DNA of 64,000 nt. Source: a virus. Where the stretch lies: IMG/VR virus record IMGVR_UViG_3300021368_000004, positions 22,747 through 86,746 of that record. One strand, 5' to 3'. The notes under the pieces were generated by a model. That model was not told the DNA's origin, made no database searches, and was given only the letters and a program-made list of their open reading frames with translations. A program made the translations under genes and the position numbers. Below, piece after piece: positions 1 to 11,117 of the stretch (position 1 is the first letter of the stretch; every line of letters begins with the position of its first letter).

Positions 1-66
1 CAATCTTCTATTACGAAAAAAATCTAAAATATAATCATCTATTGTATTAAAGTTCGACTTTACCAT
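1..66 (-). CDS. 5' end of a gene running off the window edge (MVKSNFNTIDDYILDFFRNRRL...)
   Basis: ATG at 66 overlaps the end of the upstream ORF and the frame is open to base 1; read by eye. Confidence 0.4.
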   Translation of the reverse strand, partial: MVKSNFNTIDDYILDFFRNRRL

Positions 67-712
67 GATCTCTTTCATAGCTTTCAATAATATTTTGCTT
101 CGTTATATCAGATGCATAGCCATGTATGATAAAGTGAAATCTATTTTCTTTAGAATTATTAGCTGCTTCATGCATAATTCTATTATCATAATAAAACATT
201 TTTGTAGGTTCGAAAGGTACTTCTTCTTTTGTATCACTGCGCCTTAAATAACAATCTTTTGGTTGAGTCAAACAAACATTAATTGCAGATCTAATATTTC
301 TTCCTTCACCATCACTATGTGACGTTATAAATCCACCTGGTTCTAATAACATAAACCGAGATCTACGCATTACAGAACAATCAAAATTATCCATTAAAAA
401 TTCTTTTGTTCTAGGTGCTATTTCTTCTAATTCTGTCCAACCATAGGTAGCTTCTTCTTCTGTAAATCCGTAACCACTTGGATTCATAGTTCGATAATAT
501 TCTGCCCTATCACCTATTCCCCATCCATGCAGAGCACACGAATGCCAACCCTGGCTATCACCGCCTCTATGAGGTACAAAGAAACCTTCTTCATGTACTT
601 GATGTACTTCATCTATTGATTCTTTAGGAAATGTCAAAGTACTTTCTAAATACCATATATCTTTTTCTGCGCATTCTTTTTGAACTTGTATTACTTTTTT
701 ATTGATTGTCAT
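47..712 (-). CDS. Aspartyl/asparaginyl beta-hydroxylase-like 2OG-Fe(II) oxygenase
   Basis: RSRFMLLEPGGFITSHSD (HxD), distal HEAANNSKENRFHFIIHG jelly-roll motif. Confidence 0.8.
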   Translation of the reverse strand: MTINKKVIQVQKECAEKDIWYLESTLTFPKESIDEVHQVHEEGFFVPHRGGDSQGWHSCALHGWGIGDRAEYYRTMNPSGYGFTEEEATYGWTELEEIAPRTKEFLMDNFDCSVMRRSRFMLLEPGGFITSHSDGEGRNIRSAINVCLTQPKDCYLRRSDTKEEVPFEPTKMFYYDNRIMHEAANNSKENRFHFIIHGYASDITKQNIIESYERDHGKVEL

Positions 713-1336
713 CTATTTACCTATAACCATAAATCTCTTCATGCCATTATTTAAAACTTTAGTTCCCATATAATATGCATTATTTATTCCAGCTTGTTCG
801 GCCAATTCTTCTGGACTTTTTACACAATTGATATGATCTTCGTATTTGTCTTCGTCTGTTGATTGTAACACACATAGGGGTACATCTAGTATTTGCTCTA
901 ATATTTTTTGTCTCATGTGTTTCATCGGAAACATATGCTCACAAGAAGTATTTACTATTAATTCTATATGACCTTTTTTTAAATGATGAGAACAAAGCTT
1001 TTCTATATTTAAGTCTTTTTTAGATGCATCAAATTTTTCACTTTGGTATCTATTAAATGTTTTAGATATTTGAACAGCATCTGGATCTATTTCATAGTTA
1101 CACATATAATCAGTATGTTCTGATAAAGCGTAAGCTAAATATTGACAAAACCATCCACCTACAATAGCAGTATTTTCAAAATGCATACCTAAATCATATA
1201 GTTTTTCTTTAATCCAAAGCTTGCCTTCTGCGTGCTGTAATGTTAAAGACACATCTAATCTATCTGCTATGTAAGGATATCTTTCTTTACATAGAGAAAG
1301 GCTGTTAAACCAGCATGCTAAACGTTCTGCTTCCAT
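713..1336 (-). CDS. Putative class I SAM-dependent methyltransferase-like protein
   Basis: AIVGGWF glycine loop, YEIDP acidic motif II, IVNTSCEH motif. Confidence 0.55.
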   Translation of the reverse strand: MEAERLACWFNSLSLCKERYPYIADRLDVSLTLQHAEGKLWIKEKLYDLGMHFENTAIVGGWFCQYLAYALSEHTDYMCNYEIDPDAVQISKTFNRYQSEKFDASKKDLNIEKLCSHHLKKGHIELIVNTSCEHMFPMKHMRQKILEQILDVPLCVLQSTDEDKYEDHINCVKSPEELAEQAGINNAYYMGTKVLNNGMKRFMVIGK

Positions 1337-2046
1337 ACTTCTTCAATCGCTTTATCATCTTCAATAGTATTATTATTAAATAAACAAACTATATGGTCTT
1401 TTCTTAATATGTTAGTTTCCATATCATCTGGAAATATATTGCCTTTATACCAAGAATATATTTTATTCTTTTCAAATAAATTAAACGTTTTTGATTGATC
1501 ATTTTGAATATCATACCATACTCTATTAAGATAATTATCTATTGTTTTATAAGTAAAGAAAATATATTCTGCATTATTTTTTATATGATTATATACATCT
1601 AATAGCTGGCCTCTATTCCATCTTATCACTGAAGAATTTATCAAAGGCGAAACACCTTTATTATAATTTTTTTTACACACTTCTATATCGTTCCACCAAC
1701 CTCTAACGATCCATGGTTTGCTCATTTCTAATTCAAAAAAATAATCTATGCTATTATGAAAAATTACATCTAGATCGAAAAATAAAAACTCGTCACCTTT
1801 TATATTAGGAAATAATTCTTCATTGAACATATATAATTTTCTATATGCCCAAAAATGATTTTTATCTGGAATAAAATGTTTATTCCATTTCATCGGCAAA
1901 GGTATATCGTATTCTTTTTCGGGATTAGTTGTTAAACAATAAAAATTAAAATCGTACGAACAGCGTTTTTCTAGTTGTTGTTTTAATTTTTCTACATATT
2001 CTGTAGAGTATTTATTGCCCCACTTGACACATAATATATTTTTCAT
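1318..2046 (-). CDS. GT-A fold glycosyltransferase
   Basis: ILCVKWGNKY N-terminus, FFDLDV DxD motif, INSSVIRW. Confidence 0.75.
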   Translation of the reverse strand: MKNILCVKWGNKYSTEYVEKLKQQLEKRCSYDFNFYCLTTNPEKEYDIPLPMKWNKHFIPDKNHFWAYRKLYMFNEELFPNIKGDEFLFFDLDVIFHNSIDYFFELEMSKPWIVRGWWNDIEVCKKNYNKGVSPLINSSVIRWNRGQLLDVYNHIKNNAEYIFFTYKTIDNYLNRVWYDIQNDQSKTFNLFEKNKIYSWYKGNIFPDDMETNILRKDHIVCLFNNNTIEDDKAIEEVWKQNV

Positions 2047-2563
2047 TCATTTGTAGCTTTTCATAAAGTTGTTTATAATTTTTTACCTGTTTTTTATTGT
2101 TTTCAAAATTTGCCAGACTTGTTTTATTATAAAGTTTATCAAAATTATAACGTATATCGATACGCCAGTCAAGCATATTTTCTTTAGTAGGCTTCATGCG
2201 TTTAAAATATTTATCAACAAGGTTGATGTCTATATTTGAAGGTATGTCTTCTTTACAAAAATCTATGTTTCCAGTAGCCATAGTAATTATAGAACTTAAA
2301 AATATGTGTTCCTCATCTCTATCAATATGCACAATTTTGTAATTTTCTTCGATATGTTTCTTATATTCTTGTTTTAACAAATGAACTGTGTGCCAATGAG
2401 CATGTAATATCCAATCATTTTCAGTCAATTCTTGATATGTTAAACAATAACTTGGTACACTTTTTGCATGATGCAAATAACCAATTGGCAATCCTGTTGT
2501 TTCACTATATTTTTGAGCTAATGCTCTTGAGCCAGATCGTGGATAAGATATTACAGCATACAC
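2012..2563 (-). CDS. Sulfotransferase-like protein
   Basis: N-terminal ISYPRSGS resembles the 5'-PSB PAPS-binding loop; RDxxxxxLS resembles the 3'-PB motif. Confidence 0.55.
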   Translation of the reverse strand: MYAVISYPRSGSRALAQKYSETTGLPIGYLHHAKSVPSYCLTYQELTENDWILHAHWHTVHLLKQEYKKHIEENYKIVHIDRDEEHIFLSSIITMATGNIDFCKEDIPSNIDINLVDKYFKRMKPTKENMLDWRIDIRYNFDKLYNKTSLANFENNKKQVKNYKQLYEKLQMNEKYIMCQVGQ

Positions 2564-3063
2564 TAGAAGTCCAAGAATTTTTTAAATGCTTCTTTTAATG
2601 TTTTAGCTTTTCGAAGATCAGCTTTTTTCTTTCTATTAGTACTTTTCTGAACAGCTTCATTTTCAAATAAACCCAATTTAAATGTAAATAATTCTTGTTC
2701 ATTAAAATCTTTATTTAAAAATTTCTGTACTACATTAATTATATTTTTAGCACTTGTTTCAGCAGATATTGTAGTTAATTCATTATTTTGTTCTGCAATT
2801 TTAACTACAGCTTTTTCAAATGCCTTTCTTTCTTCTCTAAATTTATTTACAGTTCTTTCATGTAATTCGTCTTCACTCACTTTTTTCAAAAGAGCTTTAT
2901 AATCTGGATTTTTTTTATCTGCAGGAATTGTATATAAAAATACATTTAATGTAGATTCAGGTGTTTCGTGATCGTCTGGACTCACTAACTCAACTGTTAT
3001 AGTATCTCTTTCTTCATTAGTAAAATATGCTTCATATACTTCGTGATCTTTAATTATACTCAT
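2563..3063 (-). CDS. Hypothetical protein
   Basis: 166 aa ORF tightly packed in the operon. Confidence 0.6.
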   Translation of the reverse strand: MSIIKDHEVYEAYFTNEERDTITVELVSPDDHETPESTLNVFLYTIPADKKNPDYKALLKKVSEDELHERTVNKFREERKAFEKAVVKIAEQNNELTTISAETSAKNIINVVQKFLNKDFNEQELFTFKLGLFENEAVQKSTNRKKKADLRKAKTLKEAFKKFLDF

Positions 3064-3987
3064 TTAAGCCTCAAACATTCTTAAGTAATAGGTATTTTGT
3101 GTGACAGCAGAACCATTTGGAAAATTTTGTGATCGATAGTCATCACCACCTGCTTGAAAGGTATTGTATGATCCGCCGCCATTCAAGATGGTATTATTTA
3201 TACCAGATCCTAATATGACTGCAGATGACGATGTACCTAATGAATATCGAATTTTAGAACCTGCTTCTTCACTTGCTACGTGTCTCATACAATTTTCTAA
3301 TATAGCATCGATTGCAGTCTGACTATATTCTTGTAAGTTTTTATCAGAGTTTCTTACAAATAGCATTTCTTCCATTGTTGGTGCTGAAATATTATTTGCT
3401 TGTAATAGATAGTAATTAGTTATAGTAGTCGGTTGATCTTGTGTTTCTGGTATATCAGCTGCAGCATATGCACCAGCATTAGCTCTTGTATCAGAAAAGA
3501 CCACGCTACTACTAACTGCTGAGTAACCAGATAACGATGTACCTGTATGAATACGATAAGTACCTGGCTGACCAACAGCACTTAATATTGTATCAATTGC
3601 TGGAAAAATAAACGTATCATACATATCTTGTAATGACATAGTTTGAATATTAGAACCATTATAATATATAGGAAATGCAATAGCGTTTGTATCTACTGAT
3701 GCTGTTGTATTAGCAGCTGATTCTGTTATTGTGGCATAGTTAACTGTTATTGTAGAAATATTAGGTGCTGTTTGAAAACTACTTACATGAGTTGTAGATG
3801 CACCAGCTTGTTTACGAGTATCTGATATTGTGCCTAAATTACCACCACTAGATACTCGTGATAATGTAACAGATGGATTAGCACCATACAAATATCTACA
3901 TCTATCTTTAACAGCATCAATTTGTGCATCAGTCATTTCTATCAGGTCGTTACTACCTGTTAGAATTAAAGGTCGTACTACTGCCAT
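3064..3987 (-). CDS. Virion structural / tail fiber-associated protein
   Basis: Ser/Thr/Gly-rich, internal duplication (QTMSLQDM/QEYSQTAI; TNYYL/NTYYL), position downstream of tail genes. Confidence 0.55.
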   Translation of the reverse strand: MAVVRPLILTGSNDLIEMTDAQIDAVKDRCRYLYGANPSVTLSRVSSGGNLGTISDTRKQAGASTTHVSSFQTAPNISTITVNYATITESAANTTASVDTNAIAFPIYYNGSNIQTMSLQDMYDTFIFPAIDTILSAVGQPGTYRIHTGTSLSGYSAVSSSVVFSDTRANAGAYAAADIPETQDQPTTITNYYLLQANNISAPTMEEMLFVRNSDKNLQEYSQTAIDAILENCMRHVASEEAGSKIRYSLGTSSSAVILGSGINNTILNGGGSYNTFQAGGDDYRSQNFPNGSAVTQNTYYLRMFEA

Positions 3988-3990
3988 AAT

Positions 3991-4512
3991 TTATACCCAC
4001 GGGTTAGTTGCGAATGTTGCTGCGCTATCGTGATCAAAAATTGCTGGTCCGTATATTTTTCTTATTTCATCACCAACTGAATTATGTATTTTTAAAACAG
4101 TCATAGCTTCAAATTTAGCACCAAAGATTGCTGAGTCTTTTAAATGATCAGAGTCAATTGATCCTACTATAATATGATCTGAATCAACTTGATTATCTGC
4201 AATCATATGATTTAAAACTGAATCAGAATCTAATGCTATACCTGGAATCATAGCTGAGTCAATATTACCATCGCTATCTACGATTCTGTTAATAGCATCT
4301 ACAAGAGTTAAGAATGTACCGGCCGATTCTTTATAATGTAGATCTGCTTGGCGACCCATGTCACTGTCAAGAGAATTTATAGATGATACTGTATTACTAT
4401 CACCACCTGATGTATCGAGTAATGCTGTATCTCCTACTTGTAACGCTAACGTGTTTGTCTTTACACGAAAACTGTTAATCGTATCTGTAAGATTTACCTG
4501 AATAATAGCCAT
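3991..4512 (-). CDS. Virion structural protein rich in D-S-[A/D] motifs
   Basis: N-terminal VNLTDTINSFRVKTN typical of T4-like fiber proteins; 8 DSD/DSA in 173 aa; late promoter upstream. Confidence 0.55.
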   Translation of the reverse strand: MAIIQVNLTDTINSFRVKTNTLALQVGDTALLDTSGGDSNTVSSINSLDSDMGRQADLHYKESAGTFLTLVDAINRIVDSDGNIDSAMIPGIALDSDSVLNHMIADNQVDSDHIIVGSIDSDHLKDSAIFGAKFEAMTVLKIHNSVGDEIRKIYGPAIFDHDSAATFATNPWV

Positions 4513-4513
4513 T

Positions 4514-4732
4514 TTATAACTTCTCTTTTATGGTTAATAGCAACTCTTTAATATCTGACATATCTTCTTTTAACATTTCAACGTCAGCTATTAGTTGCTT
4601 TTTTCTTTCTTCCTCTTGGGCCATCGCGATCTTACGTGCCTTAGCAGCACGTATCTCAGCCCTATTTATATTCAATATTGCACCTGACCTTGGATCACGT
4701 GCTAGTCCAGGTTTTCCTTCTACTGGTATCAT
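4514..4732 (-). CDS. Small conserved protein (LxRDxxSGAIxN plus coiled coil)
   Basis: Typical small gene that follows the large structural gene in marine T4-like phages. Confidence 0.6.
   Translation of the reverse strand: MIPVEGKPGLARDPRSGAILNINRAEIRAAKARKIAMAQEEERKKQLIADVEMLKEDMSDIKELLLTIKEKL
4663..4670 (-). promoter_or_regulatory. T4-type late promoter TATAAATA
   Basis: Exact match about 150 nt upstream of the gene at 4512. Confidence 0.5.
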
Positions 4733-7700
4733 GTAGCCATCGCTATAGCTCGTATATCTCTAATAACTGGCACTTTACATGAGTTAGTGGATCTAAATAC
4801 GATCTTAAGTTGGAATGCAGTAAACGCATCGCTTGTACCACCTGTGCCACCAGGTAAATATGAATATTCTCTAAATACATCTGGATTATCATCAGTTGGT
4901 ATTTGCTCTTCTTTAGTCAATGGTGAATATTGAGCTGTTAATACAGAATCTGTAGCACCGTCGTGTACCCGCATTAACACATCAAAGTCTGTACCTGATG
5001 GACGATTGGCTGCAATAAGTATTTTCATTCCGACAGCTTCTTCGGCAAGTGTTACAGGTATTGTTATATGTTTTGATAACATAGATCCATTACCTAATGG
5101 ATCAGTTTCTGCAACATAATTCAATGGTACGTTTTTACCTGTTGTTAAGACTGAAGCCTGATCATCAACCATATTATGAGTCAGTACAAGAGATGTTCTT
5201 TGTGTATCAACAATAGGTGATACTTTTGTAGATGAAGTATCTAGCTTGACTCTATAAGTAGTCGACTTTGTTCCTGCCGCTAAGTTTACTACTTCGTTTG
5301 CACTATTTGCAACCATCTTAGGAAATTCAAAACCAGTCAATGCATTGTTAGTCATTGGAATCCAATTAGCATCTTTACCGTATGTGGTTTCTGTTCCTGC
5401 TAATGAATTACCAGATATGAATTTTGCTTGATGGGTTGTTAATGTTTTTGGCGGTACTAGAGTTTCAACAATAGGATAAACAGCATCGAACATATAGTTT
5501 GGAATGATTGATACGGCATCGCCTCCACCAAATACAGTTGATGTTGCCGCTGCACCTGCCGTAAATCTAAATCCATAACCGTCAACTGCAGTAATAGTTC
5601 TATTACCATTTATGTTATTAGCTGTGATACCACCAGTATCTACTGCTCCACTAATCATCACTAGATCGCCAACTCTAAGTCCATGGCCTAATGCTTGAGC
5701 TTCAACAGTTGTAGATGTGTTTGTAGTTAACAATCCATCAGTATCTAAAATAAACTTAGGTACTTCTCTGTTTTCAAGAACTACATATGATGTAGCAGTT
5801 GAAAACTCTGCTCTTTGAATTGTAAATGTCAAATCACGTTCTTGATCTGGTGTCCATGTACGTGCGTTTTGTGATAAGAACAATGAACCAAGTGAAGGTT
5901 GTTTTGCAACCCTTGCTTCAGTTGAATTAATCTGTAATCCACCTGCACGTGCAACATACACATTATATGCGGTTGTATCAGCAAGTAGAACAATTGCATA
6001 TTCTGTATTGCCATTCAAATATACTGGCTCATCAAATTCAAAATTAGTAATCGCTGTTGCATCTGTACTAGTAGTTACACTTGATGGTGATAATACTTTT
6101 GTACCATTTGGCACAAGATCATCAGATGATGGTATACCATTTACTGTTGGTCGAATCTGACATGCGACTGGTACGACAGAATCTTTAGATTGAAATCTTA
6201 CACCAATCTTCGTGATGAATACACCTTCTTCGTCGTCTACCATGAATGACTGCGCTAGTGGGTCTACCCTACGACGACGTCTGCGGTTTTCTGTACCACC
6301 AATAGTTACCACTCGAGTATTATTATATTCACGTTGCCGTGTCTCTAAAATACCTGTACTTGTAAATGGTGCAGTCGCAATCGACGTTGAGTTCTCATCA
6401 TTCGGTAAACTAATATCAAGAAGTTTAAACTCACGTGTACCAGTTCTAAATCTTTCTGTAGATGTAGATGGTATGAAGAATGAACCAGAAACATATCCTT
6501 CAGTATTTGTAGTCAGTGTTGAACTACCTGATGGATGTGATGTTGCTCGAGCATGTTCAGTACCAATATCAGTACTTTCATTTGCTATACGTTGAAACGT
6601 TTCTGCTCTTACCCAATTTGCAACTGGTTTATTATCGAAGAATGCAAACACTTGAGTTGATGGTTTTAGACCAAATGCACGGAAGTAAACCTTACGTGAA
6701 CGCATATATGGAATAAAGACCTGATCGATCAAATGATCACGTACTAATACACGATCTGAACGATCACCGATAACACGGTCTGTTTGTGTTACTCTATCTC
6801 TACCCTGATCAAATGTTCGTGTTCCAACTTCTTGGCCCATTCGAAGATTTACTTGTTGACCAGTCCAGTTAAAAATAAAATCATTAAACAGTAACGGTCG
6901 TTGTGTAGTTGAAGGAATAACCCGTGTTTGTTGTGGATTATCTTTATCTGCAAGATATCGTCGTTCTACCCAGCTATCATTTGTTGGTGATAATTCTAAT
7001 AGACCTTCATTTATAACAACAGCAAATGGGTTAATATTTTCTGTTTCTGTTGCAAATGGCTGCTCAATATAATTTACATGGCTATATGTCTTATATACTG
7101 TATCGCCTTTGAGAATTGTGTTTGTAGATTTATCTGAATCATACTTAAGGTTAATATTATTTTGTGCCTGCCATGGACGTACAACTTTTTCTACTAAGTC
7201 AATACCAGCCTGATAATTCTCATCTTCTACAAATGAACGCGATTGATCTGTAAAGTTATCAACAAAGAAACCAGCTTTGAGTCTGTTATTATTGTTTGCA
7301 TCAAGAACTGCTAAAGTTTCTGTTGATACTTCAAGTAAGTTAAGAGCTGTAGTCTCTTCGAGATTATCAATACGGCTTTCTAACTTACCGATATCTGCCA
7401 TTGTAAATCGTTTAGCAGGTATACGTTCTTTACTTAAATCAGAATCATGGATAGTATATGGATTCATCTCAACTCTATATAGTTCCATTGAGTTTGCAGG
7501 AACAGGTGGGAATTGAGGATTCAGATCTGGCTCTGATTCTAGTACGCTTACATTATTGAATCGGTCAATAACAACTCGTGCATTCTTACCCTGATAGTAT
7601 GACACATCAAACTGAGTTGTATCTCTATCGCGTGGTAGTTCATTAATACGTGCACCAGTTGAGTAATCACCTGGGAATGTAGAACCAGGATTTACAGATG

Positions 7701-9750
7701 AACGAAAGTCTAATACATTACGTAACTCATATTTAATACCATTCGTTGCTGTATAAGTTGGAATATCGTTATAATCCACTTGACCAGTATATGAGTTAAC
7801 CGCAAAGAAATCACCACCAGCTTGGTGTGCAAAATACTTATATCGTACAAATATATTACCAGCAGGTGTTGTCTGACCTGGTTTTTTCTGCATTTTACCA
7901 CGTTGATAATGAGTATCACGTTGACCATTATCTAATGTGTAACGAGGACTAACATCTGTACCGTCTGAATCTACTGTTGTTAATCTTAAGACTTCGTAGA
8001 TATCAGGAAAATTAAGTTCTAAGTGACCATCTGCATTTGCAGTTACTGTTTCAGTTGTTTCAGTTAAAACTTTATTTCTTACTGATGCTTGTGCTTTATT
8101 GACATAATATGCAACTCCAACTGTTGCACCACCAGGACCGCCGCCAATCTGAGCAGCCGTACCGCCATTACCACCTGAAATAATTGAAGGAGCAAATGCA
8201 TTAGCTGCTGTTGTAGAAGCTACCCATAAATCATCATCCGCAAATGTTTCACCTGGAGATGATAAGGCAGTAAGTGTACCTTGACCTGAACCGTTAAGAA
8301 CAACGTTTTCTCTACGTTGTACAGTTAATGAAATATCTGATACAGCTTGTGGTCTGTCATTTGGTACTGGAAATAACATTACATCGTTTGCAGTTTCTCT
8401 AAATGCAGCTTGGCTATTATCTAGAATTACATTAAAATAGTTCGTACCACTTGTACCAATTGAACGAGTGTTTTGTCTATTATTACCTGGACTCATTTGT
8501 AAATCAAAGAGATAAATTCTATAATTAGAACCATCTTCTGTAATTGCTCTTACACGTGCAGTACCAATAGTAGAACCACCATGTCCTGTAGCGCTTCTAA
8601 GATTTAATTTTTCAAATACACTGAGATTAGGTACACCTCTATTTCCGCTGACTTCTAGATAATTACCATAGTCTACTGATACGACATTATTATTAGATGC
8701 GATAGTTGTTCGTGGTTTAGAAATCGGTATACTAATTGGAGCGTCTACGATTGATCTATAACCATCTACATATGCAACACCACGACTTACTTTAAAATCT
8801 AATTTAGTAGCGTCAGAGTCATTTGTTTCAAATGCTAGTTCAAATCGTTTTGCGATATAATTACCAGACTCTTCTTGTGTTCTTAGTGCAAGAATATCAT
8901 TTACTTTATTATAGTCTTCTATTCCTGTAACTTGCGTAGCAATAGCACCATTCTGTATTTTTGCCACATATACAAAGTTATCACTAGCGGTCAAATCAGC
9001 CTTATTAGCAATTGTTAATGTTATACGATATCGGTCTGCGCCAGGGCTCGACGTATTTGGTGAGACTCCTTGGTTATCAAATAGTGCATTTGTATCTGCG
9101 GTTGTAATAATATCTTCAGTTACTTTAAAACCGATTGTAGCATCAGGTGTTCCGCTATATTTAGAAAGAATAAAACTTTGAGCTTTTGCGAATACAAATC
9201 TATCAATTGCAAAGAAGTCACCTTCTGCAATAGAGACTTTAGTACCAACACCTGTACATGGATTCGCTACTGTATCTGTAGTTTGAACTTGTACTACCGC
9301 GGGCCCACCTGTAAGAGTTTCACCGGCAGATACACGAACGGGTGTGGTACCTGCTGTACCACCTGTTGTAGATGTATACCTAACAAATAATGTGGGTGGA
9401 TCTGATCCTTGAGCATCTATTGCTTCTAGAACTTCCATACCAATAGAATTTGTACCAGATGTAAGTGTCGCCCCTACAAAATTACCAGAAGGTAATGCTG
9501 CATCTTGAAGTTTTACAAACTCATATGCATTATTAATATTTACTGAGCCTGGATTGACTGCCGCACCTTGATTAAATAAATGTTTACCCAACCGACCTAT
9601 TTCGGTTTGAGTAATTGTTTGCATTTGAGTCAGCTCACGTGCTTGAAGTGCCCGTCCTGAATTAAAGAGAATTCGATGATAGTTAGCACTATCTGCAAAA
9701 TCGTCTTTATATGTCGTTGCAAAAGTATTTTTGTTAAATATATTGGGCAT
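4729..9750 (-). CDS. Large virion structural protein (DUF4815 / VrlC-like, baseplate-tail associated)
   Basis: YxDDF...YHRILFNSGRALQARELTQMQT, PGADRY, LKAGFFVDNF and DPLAQSF motifs; 1673 aa. Confidence 0.85.
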   Translation of the reverse strand: MPNIFNKNTFATTYKDDFADSANYHRILFNSGRALQARELTQMQTITQTEIGRLGKHLFNQGAAVNPGSVNINNAYEFVKLQDAALPSGNFVGATLTSGTNSIGMEVLEAIDAQGSDPPTLFVRYTSTTGGTAGTTPVRVSAGETLTGGPAVVQVQTTDTVANPCTGVGTKVSIAEGDFFAIDRFVFAKAQSFILSKYSGTPDATIGFKVTEDIITTADTNALFDNQGVSPNTSSPGADRYRITLTIANKADLTASDNFVYVAKIQNGAIATQVTGIEDYNKVNDILALRTQEESGNYIAKRFELAFETNDSDATKLDFKVSRGVAYVDGYRSIVDAPISIPISKPRTTIASNNNVVSVDYGNYLEVSGNRGVPNLSVFEKLNLRSATGHGGSTIGTARVRAITEDGSNYRIYLFDLQMSPGNNRQNTRSIGTSGTNYFNVILDNSQAAFRETANDVMLFPVPNDRPQAVSDISLTVQRRENVVLNGSGQGTLTALSSPGETFADDDLWVASTTAANAFAPSIISGGNGGTAAQIGGGPGGATVGVAYYVNKAQASVRNKVLTETTETVTANADGHLELNFPDIYEVLRLTTVDSDGTDVSPRYTLDNGQRDTHYQRGKMQKKPGQTTPAGNIFVRYKYFAHQAGGDFFAVNSYTGQVDYNDIPTYTATNGIKYELRNVLDFRSSVNPGSTFPGDYSTGARINELPRDRDTTQFDVSYYQGKNARVVIDRFNNVSVLESEPDLNPQFPPVPANSMELYRVEMNPYTIHDSDLSKERIPAKRFTMADIGKLESRIDNLEETTALNLLEVSTETLAVLDANNNNRLKAGFFVDNFTDQSRSFVEDENYQAGIDLVEKVVRPWQAQNNINLKYDSDKSTNTILKGDTVYKTYSHVNYIEQPFATETENINPFAVVINEGLLELSPTNDSWVERRYLADKDNPQQTRVIPSTTQRPLLFNDFIFNWTGQQVNLRMGQEVGTRTFDQGRDRVTQTDRVIGDRSDRVLVRDHLIDQVFIPYMRSRKVYFRAFGLKPSTQVFAFFDNKPVANWVRAETFQRIANESTDIGTEHARATSHPSGSSTLTTNTEGYVSGSFFIPSTSTERFRTGTREFKLLDISLPNDENSTSIATAPFTSTGILETRQREYNNTRVVTIGGTENRRRRRRVDPLAQSFMVDDEEGVFITKIGVRFQSKDSVVPVACQIRPTVNGIPSSDDLVPNGTKVLSPSSVTTSTDATAITNFEFDEPVYLNGNTEYAIVLLADTTAYNVYVARAGGLQINSTEARVAKQPSLGSLFLSQNARTWTPDQERDLTFTIQRAEFSTATSYVVLENREVPKFILDTDGLLTTNTSTTVEAQALGHGLRVGDLVMISGAVDTGGITANNINGNRTITAVDGYGFRFTAGAAATSTVFGGGDAVSIIPNYMFDAVYPIVETLVPPKTLTTHQAKFISGNSLAGTETTYGKDANWIPMTNNALTGFEFPKMVANSANEVVNLAAGTKSTTYRVKLDTSSTKVSPIVDTQRTSLVLTHNMVDDQASVLTTGKNVPLNYVAETDPLGNGSMLSKHITIPVTLAEEAVGMKILIAANRPSGTDFDVLMRVHDGATDSVLTAQYSPLTKEEQIPTDDNPDVFREYSYLPGGTGGTSDAFTAFQLKIVFRSTNSCKVPVIRDIRAIAMAT

Positions 9751-9761
9751 TCGTTATAACC

Positions 9762-11108
9762 TTATAACCTAATGATTATTTTGATATCTTCTGTAGCATC
9801 GTCAGATCTTGTAACCGCTGCTCTATTATCTATATAGAGAATCTGGCCTGTAGCTGGATCTACGTCTCTTGCGCTAAGTACATTAGCGCTATCGATAGTT
9901 GCTTCACCTGCTGCGTTTAATTCGTTAATTATTTCACCGTTTTGAAAAGACAAGAATCCAGTCGCTTCATTCTGGTGATAGAAAAGTGAGTTTGCATCTA
10001 ATGTATCGATAACAGCTTTAGCACCAGATGTTTGACCTTCTATTGTTTGGTCTCTTGTAAATGCTGCATTGATACTTGATATGTTCATCATCTTTAGAGC
10101 ATTACCAGTATTTCCGGTATAGATTGTACCGTTTGCTGAGTCTTTGATATTACGTACTAACATAATTTGTCTAAAGTCATTATCAACAACCCAGTCAGAG
10201 TCTTCATCTCCTGCTGGTTTTACGTTAAACATAAGAGCTGTACATTTTAGATCGTCTCGAGGATCAGCACCAAAACCATTCTTAAATGATATAATAGGTT
10301 CGGCAGTTGCATTAGTACCACCGCCACCTGTTAGAGTAACTGATGCAAAGTCATATCCTGTGCCAAATACTTTACTTCCTCCTGATTCAGTCATTTCAAT
10401 CTTAGAAACTGAACCACCATCAATAAACGCTGTTGCCTTAGCACCAGTGCCATTTCCTTGTATAGTAACAGTAGGAGCTGATGTATATCCTGATCCTTGA
10501 TTAGTTAATCTATATCCAACGATCGCACCTGGCGTAGCATTTTGTTGTACGCTAAATTGTGTAGTATCATCAATAGATGATGATGAATCTATAGCATTAA
10601 CTAATTTAACTGGTATAAAATTAGACGCTTGGAATTTACTTTCACGTAGAGCACCAATTGAATATAAGAATTTCCATGTGTATCCATCTGCAGTAATTAA
10701 ATGATCTGCAGTACCAGTAGGCTTGACTGTAGAAGTAACAGGCTGCCCCGCCGCATTTTTACCCTGTTCTAGACAGACATAAACATACTGTTCATCTGTA
10801 TACACATAAAAAGGTTGTGCTGGAATTTGCGTAATATTGTCATCCCATGCTGAATAAACTGATCCAGATGACCAATTATATCGTGGAATACAAAAAGATC
10901 TATCAGTAATAATCTTTACTGATTGCATTGAAAGTTGTGCATTACGAATTTCACGAATGTTTTGAATAGGATCAACGACTGTATCAGCTGAGTCGTAAGG
11001 TTCAGATTTACCAACTGCAACGTGATAACTGACTCCTGCGCTATCTACATCGTTGATCAGAGTATCAATAACTCGTCTTTTAAAATTGTCTGTAACTATT
11101 GCTGGCAT
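9762..11108 (-). CDS. gp8: Baseplate wedge subunit gp8
   Basis: IPRYNWSSG, FYVYTDEQYVYVCL, DGYTWKFLY, DFRQI, ILYIDNR...EDIKIII. Confidence 0.9.
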   Translation of the reverse strand: MPAIVTDNFKRRVIDTLINDVDSAGVSYHVAVGKSEPYDSADTVVDPIQNIREIRNAQLSMQSVKIITDRSFCIPRYNWSSGSVYSAWDDNITQIPAQPFYVYTDEQYVYVCLEQGKNAAGQPVTSTVKPTGTADHLITADGYTWKFLYSIGALRESKFQASNFIPVKLVNAIDSSSSIDDTTQFSVQQNATPGAIVGYRLTNQGSGYTSAPTVTIQGNGTGAKATAFIDGGSVSKIEMTESGGSKVFGTGYDFASVTLTGGGGTNATAEPIISFKNGFGADPRDDLKCTALMFNVKPAGDEDSDWVVDNDFRQIMLVRNIKDSANGTIYTGNTGNALKMMNISSINAAFTRDQTIEGQTSGAKAVIDTLDANSLFYHQNEATGFLSFQNGEIINELNAAGEATIDSANVLSARDVDPATGQILYIDNRAAVTRSDDATEDIKIIIRL

Positions 11109-11117
11109 TTATCTATC